Notes: generated by a model not told the origin, from the letters alone. A stretch of DNA of 64,000 nucleotides from Eledone cirrhosa (GCA_964016885.1 OZ024766.1:14074001-14138000), one strand, 5' to 3'; counted from the stretch's first letter, positions 1 to 13,116 are shown. Program-made: numbers and translations.

Positions 1-279
1 CTAACGTAGAAACAATTATTAACTAATATTACTAACTAATAATATTGATTGTTGACTAGAAATTTAGAGATTATTTTAATGGTTTCTGATTTAGATGCAA
101 GGCCAACACATTTGGGGAAGGGGTGTTGATTGACCCCAGTGTGTTACTGGTACTTTATTTTATCAACCCAGTAAGGATGAAGGGCAAAGCTTACCTTGAT
201 GGGATTTGAACTCAGAACGTAAAGGGCCGTAACTGGGTTCAAATCCTACTCAAGTTATAGCTCTGGCTTTCATCCTAAC

Positions 280-763
280 AGGGTTGATAAAGTAAAGTAC
301 CAGTAACGTACTGGGGTTGATAAAGTAAAGTACCAGTAACGTACTGGGGTTGATAAAGTAAAGTACCAGTAATGTACTGGGGTTGATAAAATAAAGTACC
401 AGTAACGTACTGGGGTTGATAAAGTAAAGTACCAGTAATATACTGGGGTTGATAAAGTAAAGTACCAGTAACGTACTGGGGTTGATAAAATAAAGTACCA
501 GTAACGTACTGGAGTTGATAAAGTAAAGTACCAGTAATGTACGGGGGTTGATAAAGTAAAGTACCAGTAACGTACTGGGGTTGATAAAGTAAAGTACCAG
601 TAATGTACTGGGGTTGATAAAGTAAAGTACCGGTAATGTACTGGGGTTGATAAAGTAAAGTACCAGTAACGTACTGGGGTTGATAAAATAAAGTACCAGT
701 AACGTACTGGGGTTGATAAAGTAAACTACCAGTAATGTACTGGGGTTGATAAAATAAAGTACC
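280..763. repeat. 33-bp SINE-derived minisatellite (~14.7 copies)
   Basis: Unit ggggttgataaagtaaagtaccagtaa(c/t)gtact; 484 bp = 14x33+22. Confidence 0.95.
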
Positions 764-806
764 TTGACTGGTGAGAGATAAAAGCTGAGATATGAAAATA
801 ACTAAC

Positions 807-944
807 CTTTCTCACAACTGTTTCCTTCATAACCTGGAGCACATCTACCCCTTGAACAGATCCCTAATTCCACATTACACCTGTTGTTATCTTCACAATG
901 ACACACCTGATCACAGTTGGCACCAAGTCTTCCACTACTGCACA
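807..944 (-). CDS. EGF-like (MEGF10/CED-1/SREC-type) internal exon, copy 1 (Q45E variant)
   Basis: Acceptor TGTTTTCCTGTTACAG| and donor G|GTTAGT; 138 nt, phase 1-1. Encodes (V)CSSGRLGANCDQVCHCEDNNRCNVELGICSRGRCAPGYEGNSCEK with 8 Cys. Confidence 0.85.
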
Positions 945-1283
945 CTGTAACAGGAAAACATTGGTGTAGATCAGGGATTGGCAACTTCTTTGCCTCCACG
1001 GGCCGGACGAACGCCATAAAAGAATAATTATGGAAAATTACACAAGCTAAAATTTTTATCTCGAGTGTCGACTATACTATTCATTTCTCAAATCTTGAAT
1101 TATATTCACAAATACCCCTGAATCCTGTGATTTCCCTCCTAGAAATGATGGAAAATGCACATAATTTTTATTTCAAAGTTGATGTTCCCACAACTGTAGC
1201 TTTTTTTCAAAGGCAACAATATGGTTATACATTTCATTTACGAGCTGAGTTTTACCTTGAAGTTGTAAATTTAAGTTATTTAA

Positions 1284-1504
1284 CCCTTTAGCACTTACAT
1301 TATTCTATATTTACTATTGTAGTTTCACAGTAAACACTTTATCTTATATAGTTATCTCACATAATATTGAATCTATGAGATTTTGATATTATTTATTTTG
1401 AGAAGAATACCTTAACGTCAGTATGAGTGGCTAGTTACAGCCGGTTTGAACAGAAAAAAGTGAGAGATTTCTGGCCGGATATGGCCGGTTTAAATGCTAA
1501 AGGG
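1284..1504. mobile_element. piggyBac-like MITE (221 bp), present in every unit (e.g. 5876-6096)
   Basis: TTAA|CCCTTTAGCACTTA ... TAAATGCTAAAGGG|TTAA: TTAA target duplication and CCC..GGG terminal inverted repeats (13/14 match). Confidence 0.8.
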
Positions 1505-1636
1505 TTAAACGAGTCACAATATCCTCAATAAATACCAAAGTTGTAACAGCAGGCCTTTTATTGTATTCGAAAGGAATAATACGTATTATTCTTTTAAAAT
1601 CTTTTATAATCTCTATAATTGTATTATTCTTTATCG

Positions 1637-1735
1637 AAAGGTTGTGAGTTCAATTCTCCGACCGGGTAATGTGTTGTTTCCTTGAGCAAACACTTTATTT
1701 CAAATTGCTCCAGTTTACTCAGCTGTAGAAATGAG
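1637..1735 (+). mobile_element. CORE-type tRNA-SINE fragment (in every unit)
   Basis: B-box-like gagttcaattctc, followed by ccttgagcaa(g)acactt...ctccagtttactcagctgtagaaatg, which resembles the CORE domain. Confidence 0.65.
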
Positions 1736-1761
1736 ATGATAGGGACTGGGGTCCCTATCAT

Positions 1762-1920
1762 TCCACTGTAAAGTGGTCGTAGAGGTGCCACGGCAAAAAA
1801 TCACCCAGCACTCACTGTAAATGAGGTTGGTTTTAGGAAGGGCATCAAGCTGTAGAAATCAAGCCAGAATCAGTTCCTGTCCCACTCTTGCAAGCAGGGA
1901 AAAGGGGACGTAAAATGAAA
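1762..1920 (+). mobile_element. RTE-like LINE 3' tail fragment (in every unit)
   Basis: Matches the reverse complement of the LINE 3' UTR at ~47000-47265 (cacccagcactcactgtaaatgaggttgg..taggaagggcatc..gctgtagaaatcaagcca). Confidence 0.7.
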
Positions 1921-2129
1921 TGATTTCATAATTCAGGGGTTGATAAAATATAGTACCAGTGATATCCTGGAGTAGATTTAATAGAATAGCTTAACACACA
2001 CTCACATATATATATATATCTACTAACCAAAGTATCGCGTGATCTGGTGCGTTATGGTCCACCTCGTTCCTTACCATACTTCCTACCACACACACACACA
2101 CACATATATAGATATATACTTATAAATAT

Positions 2130-2425
2130 ATACAGAATAAGGAGCAGGTATTACAATAACCTGGGGTTCAAGGGCCCTCACCTCTTCAACAAGCTGCCAA
2201 GGAATTTGAGAGATCTGCATGGTGTGGACGTGGATGTTTTCAAGGAACATCTCGACACCCTGTTACCAGGATCCTGGATGAGCCCACAGCATGGTTCGAA
2301 GGTAACCTAAGGGCAGCAACAACGAACCCCCTCTTTGCCGAATGGCCAACCAACACAGGTTGGAGAAAGAATGTGTAACAAGGGCATGCCCCAGCATGGC
2401 CTCAACTGGATCGCTGGAACACGTT
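2130..2425 (+). mobile_element. LINE (CR1/L2-like) ORF2 C-terminal fragment (in every unit)
   Basis: Peptide RYYNNLGFKGPHLFNKLPRNLRDLHGVDVDVFKEHLDTLL resembles the (W/F)N.LP...FK..LD C-terminal motif of CR1/L2 LINEs; flanked by (TA)n. Confidence 0.6.
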
Positions 2426-2440
2426 AAAAGAGTAAAAGAG

Positions 2441-2471
<31 letters not shown>

Positions 2472-2767
2472 TTATATTTATATTTCTGGCTATTTCTGGC
2501 TGTCGATGGTCCTATTCAGGCCACTGGGATGACGTTCAACGAGTGTATTTTTAAAAAAATGCAACACGTGGTTCAAATCATTCGCAGATTTGCATTTGCT
2601 GTGTAAACGCAGATGGTTATTTTTCTTCTCATTTGGTGAACATCCAAGAATTTAACTGCTGTGATTTACGGATTAATAGGTGAAATATATTTCTTACTTA
2701 AAGAGCCAGGAACCCAACGGCTGAGCTCCGGCCAGAGATCAGCAGTTGGGGTCCTGACTCTTTTCCT

Positions 2768-2809
<42 letters not shown>

Positions 2810-2957
2810 TATATTAATAAATGGAAACTATATTTATAAAACCATATTTATTTTATTATACATATTTCAAGGGCAACCAAGGCAAACTGTTGAGTGCTTT
2901 ATATCAGTTATAAAAATGTTTAAGCTTATTGAATACCAACAAATTAAATATAACCTC

Positions 2958-3002
<45 letters not shown>

Positions 3003-3369
3003 ATAAATATATATAATACAACATTAGAATTACTACTACATTTTACTTTCTATCTCTGTCTCTCACATCTCTTTCTCTCCCTCTATCTCCCTCTCTCGAT
3101 ATCCCTCTCTTTCTCTCACCCCCCTCTCTCTCTCTATCTCTCTCTATCTCTCCTCCTGTCTCTCCCATACACTTACCTAAGGTCATGTAATTTAACTGGG
3201 TGTGACTTTCTCAAAAGTTAATACAAAGACTTGCTTTCAACTGACAGAAACATAGCTACAATGTTGCACACTCATATCATGTGTCTGTATGGCTGACTGC
3301 CTGAACTTCATACAGAAATAAAAAACCCCACACAACCAACATTCTGGGGTTGATAAAATATAATTGTTT

Positions 3370-4223
3370 CTAATTATATTGACTAATTATATTTACGAAT
3401 AATATTGACTAATAATATTGACTAATTATATTGACTAATTATATTTACTAATAATATTGACTAATAATATTGACTAATTATATTGACTAATTATATTGAC
3501 TAATTATATTTACTAATTATATTTACTAATAATATTGACTAATAATATTGACTAATTATATTTACTAATAATATTGACTAATAATATTGACTTATTATAT
3601 TGACTAATTATATTGACTAATTATATTGACTAATTATATTGACTAATTATATTTACTAATAATATTGACTAATTATATTTACTAATAATATTGACTAATT
3701 ATATTGACTAATTATATTGACTAATTATATTGACTAATTATATTTACTAATAATATTGACTAATAATATTGACTAATTATATTGACTAATTATATTGACT
3801 AATTATATTTACTAATAATATTGACTAATAATATTGACTAATTATATTGACGAATTATATTGACTAATTATATTTACTAATTATATTGACTAATTATATT
3901 GACTAATAATATTAACTAATAATATTAACTAAATAATATTAACTATCAAGGGCGGTGGATTGGCAGTATCGGTATAAGGTCGGACGCCGTGCTTTCCAGC
4001 ATAGTTACGTCCCTTTACGATCTGAGTTCAAATCCCGCCGAGGTAGACTTTGCCTTTCATCCTTACGGGGTCGATAAAATAAAGTACCAGTTATGCACTG
4101 GGTATTTGCTGGCCTTGTGCCTAAAGTAGAAACAATTATTAGTAAATATAATTAGTTAATATTATTAGTTAATATAATTAGTTAATATTATTAGTTAATA
4201 TTATTAGTCAATAATAATATTAA
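3370..4223. repeat. 13-bp AT-rich satellite blocks (forward then reverse) with embedded SINE, unit 1
   Basis: (g/t)actaat(t/a)atatt repeats at 3370-3945; reverse-oriented agttaatat(t/a)att at ~4138-4223. Confidence 0.9.
3950..4138 (+). mobile_element. Full-length tRNA-derived SINE
   Basis: A-box-like tggcagtatcgg, B-box gagttcaaatccc, central gcctttcatccttacggggtcgataaaataaagtaccag (resembles the Meta/MESC SINE domain, recalled rather than searched), tail ggccttgtgcctaaagtagaaac. Confidence 0.8.
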
Positions 4224-4224
4224 T

Positions 4225-4414
4225 GGCAGTGGATTGGCAGTATCAGTGGAGGGTCGGACGCCATGCTTTGATGCATAGAGTTACGGCCCTTGCCATTCTG
4301 AGTTCAAATCCCACCGAGGTTAACTTTGCCTTTCATCCTTACGGGGTCGATAAAATAAAGTAGCAGTAATTCACTGGGGTAATTGCTGGCCTTGTGCCTA
4401 ACGTAGAAACAATT
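4225..4414 (+). mobile_element. tRNA-derived SINE, same family (repeated in units 1-8)
   Basis: Same A/B boxes, central domain and tail. Confidence 0.8.
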
Positions 4415-4477
4415 ATTAACTAATATTTCTAACTAATAATATTGATTGTTGACTAGAAATTTAGAGATTATTTTAAT

Positions 4478-4630
4478 GGTTTCTGATTTAGATGCAAGGC
4501 CAACACATTTGGGGAAGGGGTGTTGATTGACCCCAGTGTGTTACTGGTACTTTATTTTATCAACCCAGTAAGGATGAAAGGCAAAGCTTACCTTGATGGG
4601 ATTTGAACTCAGAACGTAAAGGGCCGTAAC
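4478..4630 (-). mobile_element. tRNA-derived SINE, reverse orientation, 5'-truncated (repeated across the array)
   Basis: Reverse complement of the same family (ggtactttattttatcaaccc..ggatgaaaggcaaag..gggatttgaactcaga). Confidence 0.75.
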
Positions 4631-4676
4631 TGGGTTCAAATCCTACTGAAGTTATAGCTCTGGCTTTCATCCTAAC

Positions 4677-5360
4677 AGGGTTGATAAAGTAAAGTACCAG
4701 TAACGTACTGGGGTTGATAAAGTAAAGTACCTGTAACGTTCTTGGGTTGATAAAGTAAGGTACCAGTAATGTACTGGGGTTGATAAAGTAAAGTACCAGT
4801 AATGTACTGGGTTTGATAAAGTAAAGTACCAGTAACGTACTGGGGTTGATAAAGTAAAGTACCAGTAATGTACGGGGGGTTGATAAAGTAAGGTACCAGT
4901 AATGTACTGGGGTTGATAAAGTAAAGTACCAGTAATGTACTGGGGTTGATAAGGTAAAGTACCTGTAACGTTCTTGGGTTGATAAAGTAAGGTACCAATA
5001 ATGTACTGGGGTTGATAAAGTAAAGTACCAGTAATGTACTGGGTTTGATAAAGTAAAGTATCAGTAACGTACTGGGGTTGATAAAGTAAAGTACCAGTAA
5101 CGTACTGGGGTTGATAAAGTAAAGAACCAGTAATGTACGGGGGGTTGATAAAGTAAAGTACCAGTAACGTACTGGGGTTGATAAAGTAAAGTACCAGTAA
5201 TGTACTGGGGTTGATAAAGTAAAGTACCAGTAACGTACTGGTGTTGATAAAGTAAAGTACCAGTAAAGTACTGGGGTTGACAAAATAAAGTACCAGTAAT
5301 GTACTGGGATTGATAAAATAAAGTACCAGTAATGTACTGGGGTTGATAAAATAAAGTACC
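4677..5360. repeat. 33-bp minisatellite (~20.7 copies)
   Basis: Same unit. Confidence 0.95.
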
Positions 5361-5403
5361 TGGAATGGTGAGAGATAAAAGCTGAGATATGAAAATAACT
5401 AAC

Positions 5404-5541
5404 CTTTCTGACAACTGTTTCCTTCATAACCTGGAGCACATCTACCCCTTGAACAGATCCCTAATTCCACATTACACCTGTTGTTATCTTCACAATGACA
5501 CACCTGATCACAGTTGGCACCAAGTCTTCCACTACTGCACA
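5404..5541 (-). CDS. EGF-like internal exon, copy 2 (consensus)
   Basis: Same splice sites and 46-codon 8-Cys module, ending NSCQK. Confidence 0.85.
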
Positions 5542-7058
5542 CTGTAACAGGAAAACATTGGTGTAGATCAGGGATTGCCAACTTCTTTGCCTCCATGGGC
5601 CGGACGAACGCCATAAAAGAATAATTATGGAAAATTACACAAGCTAAAATTTAATCACGAGTGTTGACTATACTATTCATTTCTCAAATCTTGAATTATA
5701 TTCACAAATACCTCAGAATCCTGTGATTTCCCTCCTTGAAATGATGGAAAATGCACATAATTTTTATTTCAAAGTTGATGTTCCCACAACTGTAGCTTTT
5801 TTTCAAATGTATATGGTTATACATTTCATTTACGAGCTGAGTTTTACCTTGAAGTTGTAAATTTAAGTTATTTAACCCTTTAGCACTTACATTACTCTAT
5901 ATTTACTATTGTAATGTCACAGTAAACACTTTATCTTATATAGTTATCTCACATAATATTGAATCTATGAGATTTTGATATTATTTATTTTGAGAAGAAT
6001 ACCTTAACGTCAGTATGAGTGGCTAGTTACAGCCGGTTTGAACAGAAAAAAGTGAGAGATTTCTGGCCGGATATGGCCGGTTTAAATGCTAAAGGGTTAA
6101 ACGATTCACAATATCCTCAATAAATACCAAAGTTGTAACAGCAGGCCTTTTATTGTATTCGAAAGGAATAATACGTATTATTCTTTTATAATCTTTTATA
6201 ATCTCTATAATTGTATTATTCTTTATCGAAAGGTTGTGAGTTCAATTCTCCGACCGGGTAATGTGTTGTTTCCTTGAGCAAGACACTTTATTTCAAATTG
6301 CTCCAGTTTACTCAGCTGTAGAAATGAGATGATAGGGACTGGGGTCCCTATCATTCCACTGTAAAGTGGTCCTAGAGGTGCCACGGCAAAAAATCACCCA
6401 GCACTCACTGTAAATGAGGTTGGTTTTAGGAAGGGCATCAAGCTGTAGAAATCAAGCCAGAATCAGTTCCTGTCCCACTCTTGCAAGCAGGGAAAAGGGG
6501 ACGTAAAATGAAATGATTTCATAATTCAGGGGTTGATAAAATATAGTACCAGTGATATCCTGGGGTAGATTTAATAGAATAGCTTAACTCGCACTCACAT
6601 ATATATATATCTACTAACCAAAGTATCGCGTGATCTGGTGCGTTATGGTCCACCTCGTTCCTTACCATACTTCCTACCACACACACACACACACACATAT
6701 ATAGATATATACTTATAAATATATACAGAATAAGGAGCAGGTATTACAATAACCTGGGGTTCAAGGGCCCTCACCTCTTCAACAAGCTGCCAAGGAATTT
6801 GAGAGATCTGCATGGTGTGGACGTGGATGTTTTCAAGGAACATCTCGACACCCTGTTACCAGGATCCTGGATGAGCCCACAGCATGGTTCGAAGGTAACC
6901 TAAGGGCAGCAACAACGAACCCCCTCTTTGCCGAATGGCCAACCAACACAGGTTGGAGAAAGAATGTGTAACAAGAGCATGCCCCAGCATGGCCTCAACT
7001 GGATCGCTGGAACACGTTAAAAGAGAAAAAGAGAATATATATATATATATATACATAT

Positions 7059-7365
7059 AATGTAGGAGGTGAGTTTTATTGTGGTACAATAAAGCAATGC
7101 AGATATCGGATAAGAAGCACTCTACAGTTTGTAGGACTGGAGTATACATAATATAAGATCAAAAGATGGTTAAAGGAGTTCCATGTATTTTATTATGCGC
7201 ATTTAAAACTGCACTATCCACAAGTGTTTTTTTAGCCTTCATATCATGTTCTCCTGTTTTATCTGATGAAAACACAAATATTATTGCATGATGATGTTTG
7301 TTTTTGAAATGCGCATAATAAAATACATGGAACTCCTTTAACCATCTTTTGATCTTATATTATAT
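7059..7365. mobile_element. Putative Penelope-like element end fragment with a 57-bp perfect inverted repeat (units 2,3,4,7,8,9)
   Basis: Arms 7148-7204 and 7307-7363 are exact reverse complements. The left part is homologous to the reverse complement of 45955-46072. Sits in (TA)n and contains a hammerhead motif. Confidence 0.6.
7255..7325 (+). ncRNA. Type I hammerhead ribozyme motif (Penelope-like minimal type), unit 2
   Basis: Stem I UGUUUUAU/AUAAAAUA; core CUGAUGA (7263-7269); stem II 7270-7305 of 16 positions (1 mismatch, 3 G-U, GCAU loop); GAAA (7306-7309); palindromic stem III AUGCGCAU; predicted cleavage AUA| after 7317. Confidence 0.8.
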
Positions 7366-7680
7366 TTACATATATATATATTTATATTTATATTTCTGGC
7401 TATTTCTGGCTGTCGATGGTCCTATTCAGGCCACTGGGATGACGTTGTTCAACGAGTGTATTTTTAAAAAAATGCAACAAGTGGTTCAAATCATTCGCAG
7501 ATTTGCATTTGCTGTGTAAACGCAGATGGTTATTTTTCTTCTCATTTGGTGAACATCCAAGAATTTAACTGCTGTGATTTACGGATTAATAGGTGAAATA
7601 TATTTCTTACTTAAAGAGCCAGGAACCCAACGGCTGAGCTCCGGCCAGAGATCAGCAGTTGGGGTCCTGACTCTTTTTCT

Positions 7681-7745
<65 letters not shown>

Positions 7746-8410
7746 ACGAAGGAAATGTGGTAAGGAACCAGGTGGACCATAACGCACCAAAGTACTCAAT
7801 ACTTGAGGTGGTAGAGTGGGTAATAGGAACCTTATTATATATTTATATATATATATATATAAATAATATATTAATAAATGGAAACTATATTTATAAAACC
7901 ATATTTATTTTATTATACATATTTCAAGGGCAACCAAGGCAAACTGTTGAGTGCTTTATATCAGTTATAAAAATGTTTAAGCTTATTGAATCCCAACAAA
8001 TTAAATATAACCTCTGCATATATATATATTTATATATATATATATAAATTTATATAATACAACATTAGAATTACTACTACATTTTACTTTCTATCTCTGT
8101 CTCTCACATCTCTTTCTCTCCCTCTATCTCCCTCTCTCGATATCCCTCTCTTTCTCTCACCCCCCTCTCTCTCTCTATCTCTCTCTATCTCTCCTCCTGT
8201 CTCTCCCATACACTTACCTAAGGTCATGTAATTTAACTGGGTGTGACTTTCTCAAAAGTTAATACAAAGACTTGCTTTCAACTGACAGAAACATAGCTAC
8301 AATGTTGCACACTCATATCATGTGTCTGTATGGCTGACTGCCTGAACTTCATACAGAAATAAAAAACCCCACACAACCAACATTCTGGGGTTGATAAAAT
8401 ATAATTGTTT

Positions 8411-9818
8411 CTAATTATATTGACTAATTATATTTACGAATAATATTGACTAATAATATTGACTAATTATATTGACTAATTATATTTACTAATAATATTG
8501 ACTAATTATATTGACTAATTATATTGACTAATTATATTTACTAATAATATTGACTAATAATATTGACTAATTATATTTACTAATAATATTGACTAATAAT
8601 ATTGACTTATTATATTGACTAATTATATTGACTAATTATATTGACTAATTATATTGACTAATTATATTTACTAATAATATTGACTAATTATATTTACTAA
8701 TAATATTGACTAATAATATTGACTAATTATATTGACTAATTATATTGACTAATTATATTGACTAATTATATTTACTAATAATATTGACTAATTATATTTA
8801 CTAATAATATTGACTAATTATATTGACTAATTATATTGACTAATTATATTGACTAATTATATTTACTAATAATATTGACTAATAATATTGACTAATTATA
8901 TTGACTAATTATATTTACTAATTATATTGACTAATTATATTGACTAATTATATTGACTAATTATATTGACTAATTATATTGACTAATTATATTTACTAAT
9001 AATAGTAACTAATTATATGAACTAATAATTATTTCTACATTAGCCACAAGGCCAGCAATTACCCAGTACATTACTGGTACTTTATTTTATCGACCCCGTA
9101 AGGATGAAAGGCAAAGTTAACCTCATTAACTAATTATATTGACTAATAATATTAACTAATTATATTGACTAATTATATTAACTAATAATATTAACTAATA
9201 TTATCACCTAATAATATTAACTAATAACATTCACTAATTATATTAACTAATAATATTAACTAATATTATCAACTAATAATATTCATTAATAATTTAAATA
9301 ATTTTTACATTAGGCACAAGGCCAGCAATTACCCCAGTGTATTACTGGTACTTTATTTTATCAACCCCGTAAGGATGAAGGGCAAAGTTAACCTCGGCGG
9401 GATTTGAATTAGTTAATATTATTCGGTGGATTGGCAGTATCGGTGGAGCGTCGGACGCCATGCTTTGATGCATAGAGTTACGGCCCTTAGTCAATATAAT
9501 TAGTAAATATTATTAGTTAATATTATTAGTTAATATAATTAGTTAATATTATTAGTTAATATAATTAGTTAATATTATTAGTTAATATTATTAGTTAATA
9601 TAATTAGTTAATATTATTAGTTAATATTATTAGTTAATATAATTAGTTAATATTATTAGTTAATATAATTAGTTAATATTATTAGTTAATATTATTAGTT
9701 AATATAATTAGTTAATATTATTAGTTAATATTATTAGTTAATATTATTAGTCAATATAATTAGTTAATATTATTAATTAATATAATTAGTTAATATTATT
9801 AGTCAATAATAACATTAA
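8411..9818. repeat. 13-bp satellite forward and reverse blocks with SINE fragments, unit 2
   Basis: Same 13-mer in both orientations. Confidence 0.9.
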
Positions 9819-10271
9819 TGGCAGTGGATTGGCAGTATCAGTGGAGGGTGGGACGCCATGCTTTGATGCATAGAGTTACGGCCCTTGCCATTCTGAGTTC
9901 AAATCCCACCGAGGTTAACTTTGCCTTTCATCCTTACGGGGTCGATAAAATAAAGTAGCAGTAATACACTGGGGTAATTGCTGGCCTTGTGCCTAACGTA
10001 GAAACAATTATTAACTAATATTTCTAACTAATAATATTGATTGTTGACTAGAAATTTAGAGATTATTTTAATGGTTTCTGATTTAGATGCAAGGCCAACA
10101 CATTTGGGGAAGGGGTGTTGATTGACCCCAGTGTGTTACTGGTACTTTATTTTATCAACCCAGTAAGGATGAAGGGCAAAGCTTACCTTGATGGGATTTG
10201 AACTCAGAACGTAAAGGGCCGTAACTGGGTTCAAATCCTACTGAAGTTATAGCTCTGGCTTTCATCCTAAC

Positions 10272-10491
10272 AGGGTTGATAAAGTAAAGTACCAGTAACG
10301 TACTGGGGTTGATAAAGTAAAGTACCAGTAACGTACTGGGGTTGATAAAGTAAAGTACCAGTAACGTACTGGGGTTGATAAAGTAAAGTACCAGTAACGA
10401 ACTGGGGTTGATAAAGTAAACTACCAGTAATGTACTGGGGTTAATAAAATAAAGTACCAGTAATGTACTGGGGTTGATAAAATAAAGTACC
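10272..10491. repeat. 33-bp minisatellite (~6.7 copies)
   Basis: Same unit. Confidence 0.95.
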
Positions 10492-10534
10492 TGGACTGGT
10501 GAGAGATAAAAGCTGAGATATGAAAATAACTAAC

Positions 10535-10672
10535 CGTTCTGACAACTGTTTCTTTCATAACCTGGAGCACATCTACCCCTTGAACAGATCCCTAATTCCA
10601 CATTACACCTGTTGTTATCTTCACAATGACACACCTGATCACAGTTGGCACCAAGTCTTCCACTACTGCACA
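10535..10672 (-). CDS. EGF-like internal exon, copy 3 (G41R, K46N)
   Basis: Same AG/GT sites; ends YERNSCQN; donor context changed to ACG|GTTAGT. Confidence 0.82.
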
Positions 10673-12387
10673 CTGTAACAGGAAAACATTGGTGTAGATC
10701 AGGGATTGGCAACTTCTTTGCCTCCATGGGCCGGACGAACGCCATAAAAGAATAATTATGGAAAATTACACAAGCTAAAATTTAATCTCGAGTGTTGACT
10801 ATACTATTCATTTCTCAAATCTTGAATTATATTCACAAATACCTCTGAATCCTGTGATTTCCCTCCTTGAAATGATGGAAAATGCACATAATTTTTATTT
10901 CAAAGTTGATGTTCCCACAACTGTAGCTTTTTTTCAAAGACAACAATATGGTTATACATTTCATTTACGAGCTGTGTTTTACCTTGAAGTTGTAAATTTA
11001 AGTTATTTAACCCTTTAGCACTTACATTATTCTATATTTACTATTGTAGTTTCACAGTAAACACTTTATCTTATATCGTTATCTCACATAATATTGAATC
11101 TATGAGATTTTGATATTATTTATTTTGAGAAGAATACCTTAACGTCAGTATGAGTGGCTAGTTACAGCCGGTTTGAACAGAAAAAAGTGAGAGATTTCTG
11201 GCCGGATATGGCCGGTTTAAATGCTAAAGAGTTAAACGAGTCACAATATCCTCAATAAATACCAAAGTTGTAACAGCAGGCCTTTTATTGTATTCGAAAG
11301 GAATAATACGTATTATTCTTTTATAATCTTTTATAATCTCTATACTTGTATTATTCTTTATCGAAAGGTTGTGAGTTCAATTCTCCGACCGGTTAATGTG
11401 TTGTTTCCTTGAGCAAGACACTTTATTTCAAATTGCTCCAGTTTACTCAGCTGTAGAAATGAGATGATAGGGACTGGAGTCCCTATCATTCCACTGTAAA
11501 GTGGTCGTAGAGGTGCCACGGCAAAAAATCACCCAGCACTCACTGTAAATGAGGTTGGTTTTAGGAAGGGCATCAAGCTGTAGAAATCAAGCCAGAATCA
11601 GTTCCTGTCCCACTCTTGCAAGCAGGGAAAAGGTGACGTAAAATGAAATGATTTCATAATTCAGGGGTTGATAAAATATAGTACCAGTGATATCCTGGAG
11701 TAGATTTAATAGAATAGCTTAACACACACTCACATATATATATATATCTACTAACCAAAGTATCGCGTGATCTGGTGCGTTATGGTCCACCTCGTTCCTT
11801 ACCATACTTCCTACCACACACACACACATATATAGATATATACTTATAAATATATACAGAATAAGGAGCAGGTATTACAATAACCTGGGGTTCAAAGGCC
11901 CTCACCTCTTCAACAAGCTGCCAAGGAATTTGAGAGATCTGCATGGTGTGGACGTGGATGTTTTCAAGGAACATCTCGACACCCTGTTACCAGGATCCTG
12001 GATGAGCCCACAGCATGGTTCGAAGGTAACCTAAGGGCAGCAACAACGAACCCCCTCTTTGCCAAATGGCCAACCAACACAGGTTGGAGAAAGAATGTGT
12101 AACAAGGGCATGCCCCAGCATGGCCTCAACTGGATCGCTGGAACACGTTAAAAGAGTAAAAGAGAATATATATATATATATATATACATATAATGTAGGA
12201 GGTGAGTTTTATTGTAGTACAATAAAGCAATGCAGATATCGGATAAGAAGCACTCTACAGTTTGTAGGACTGGAGTATACATAATATAAGATCAAAAGAT
12301 GGTTAAAGGAGTTCCATGTATTTTATTATGCGCATTTAAAACTGCACTATCCACAAGTGTTTTTTTAGCCTTCATATCATGTTCTCC

Positions 12388-12458
12388 TGTTTTATCTGAT
12401 GAAAACACAAATATTATTGCATGATGATGTTTGTTTTTGAAATGCGCATAATAAAATA
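12388..12458 (+). ncRNA. Type I hammerhead ribozyme motif, unit 3
   Basis: Identical to 7255-7325. Confidence 0.8.
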
Positions 12459-13013
12459 CATGGAACTCCTTTAACCATCTTTTGATCTTATATTATATAT
12501 ACATATATATATATTTATATTTATATTTCTGGCTATTTCTGGCTGTCGATGGTCCTATTCAGGCCACTGGGATGACGTTGTTCAACGAGTGTATTTTTAA
12601 AAAAATGCAACAAGTGGTTCAAATCATTCGCAGATTTGCATTTGCTGTGTAAACGCAGATGGTTATTTTTCTTCTCATTTGGTGAACATCCAAGAATTTA
12701 ACTGCTGTGATTTACGGATTAATAGGTGAAATATATTTCTTACTTAAAGAAATATATACAAAGGAGATTAATCATTTTAAAAGGTATCTATATTTGAAGT
12801 TCTAGTCAAGCTTTAATTAGTTACCTACCTAGCTATGTGTGCCTACATTCTTTACAAATTATTCCCTGTGATTGTTTCATGTATTTATTATATATATATA
12901 TATATATGTCAATCTATTTCTAGTTGATATGTAATGCTCGGATCTAATCTTTCAGCTTATTCTACGCATGGTGCATGTCTCTCAGACATGACAACCCTTA
13001 ATTTTAATTTCGG

Positions 13014-13079
<66 letters not shown>

Positions 13080-13116
13080 CTCAGAGTACTCAATACTTAG
13101 GGTAGAAGAGTGGGTA

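Noticed and set aside
280-763. 33-bp hairpin repeats as a CRISPR array
   Set aside because: The repeats are directly adjacent with no unique spacers, there are no cas genes, the context is eukaryotic, and the unit derives from a SINE.
802-1017. 71-aa ORF MAFVRP... as a complete small gene
   Set aside because: The first 24 codons lie upstream of a strong acceptor, and the stop falls inside the donor GTTAGT. The upstream part resembles a hAT-type MITE end (cagggattggcaac..cgggccgg). Only 807-944 is treated as exon.
1117-1140. Possible 23-nt micro-exon (AAG|GAGGGAAATC...AGAG|GTATTT) upstream of each EGF exon
   Set aside because: Weak sites and not frame-preserving; no supporting evidence.
1736-1761. 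11-bp perfect hairpin atgatagggac-tggg-gtccctatcat as a terminator
   Set aside because: Eukaryotic intron with no U-tract; it lies at a junction between two retroelement fragments.
2661-3221. YIYIYI / SLSL-type ORFs throughout the window
   Set aside because: Translations of (TA)n, (CA)n and (TC)n microsatellites.
3950-4040. tRNA gene
   Set aside because: A/B boxes are present but there is no cloverleaf. The sequence continues into a SINE body and is multi-copy in both orientations.
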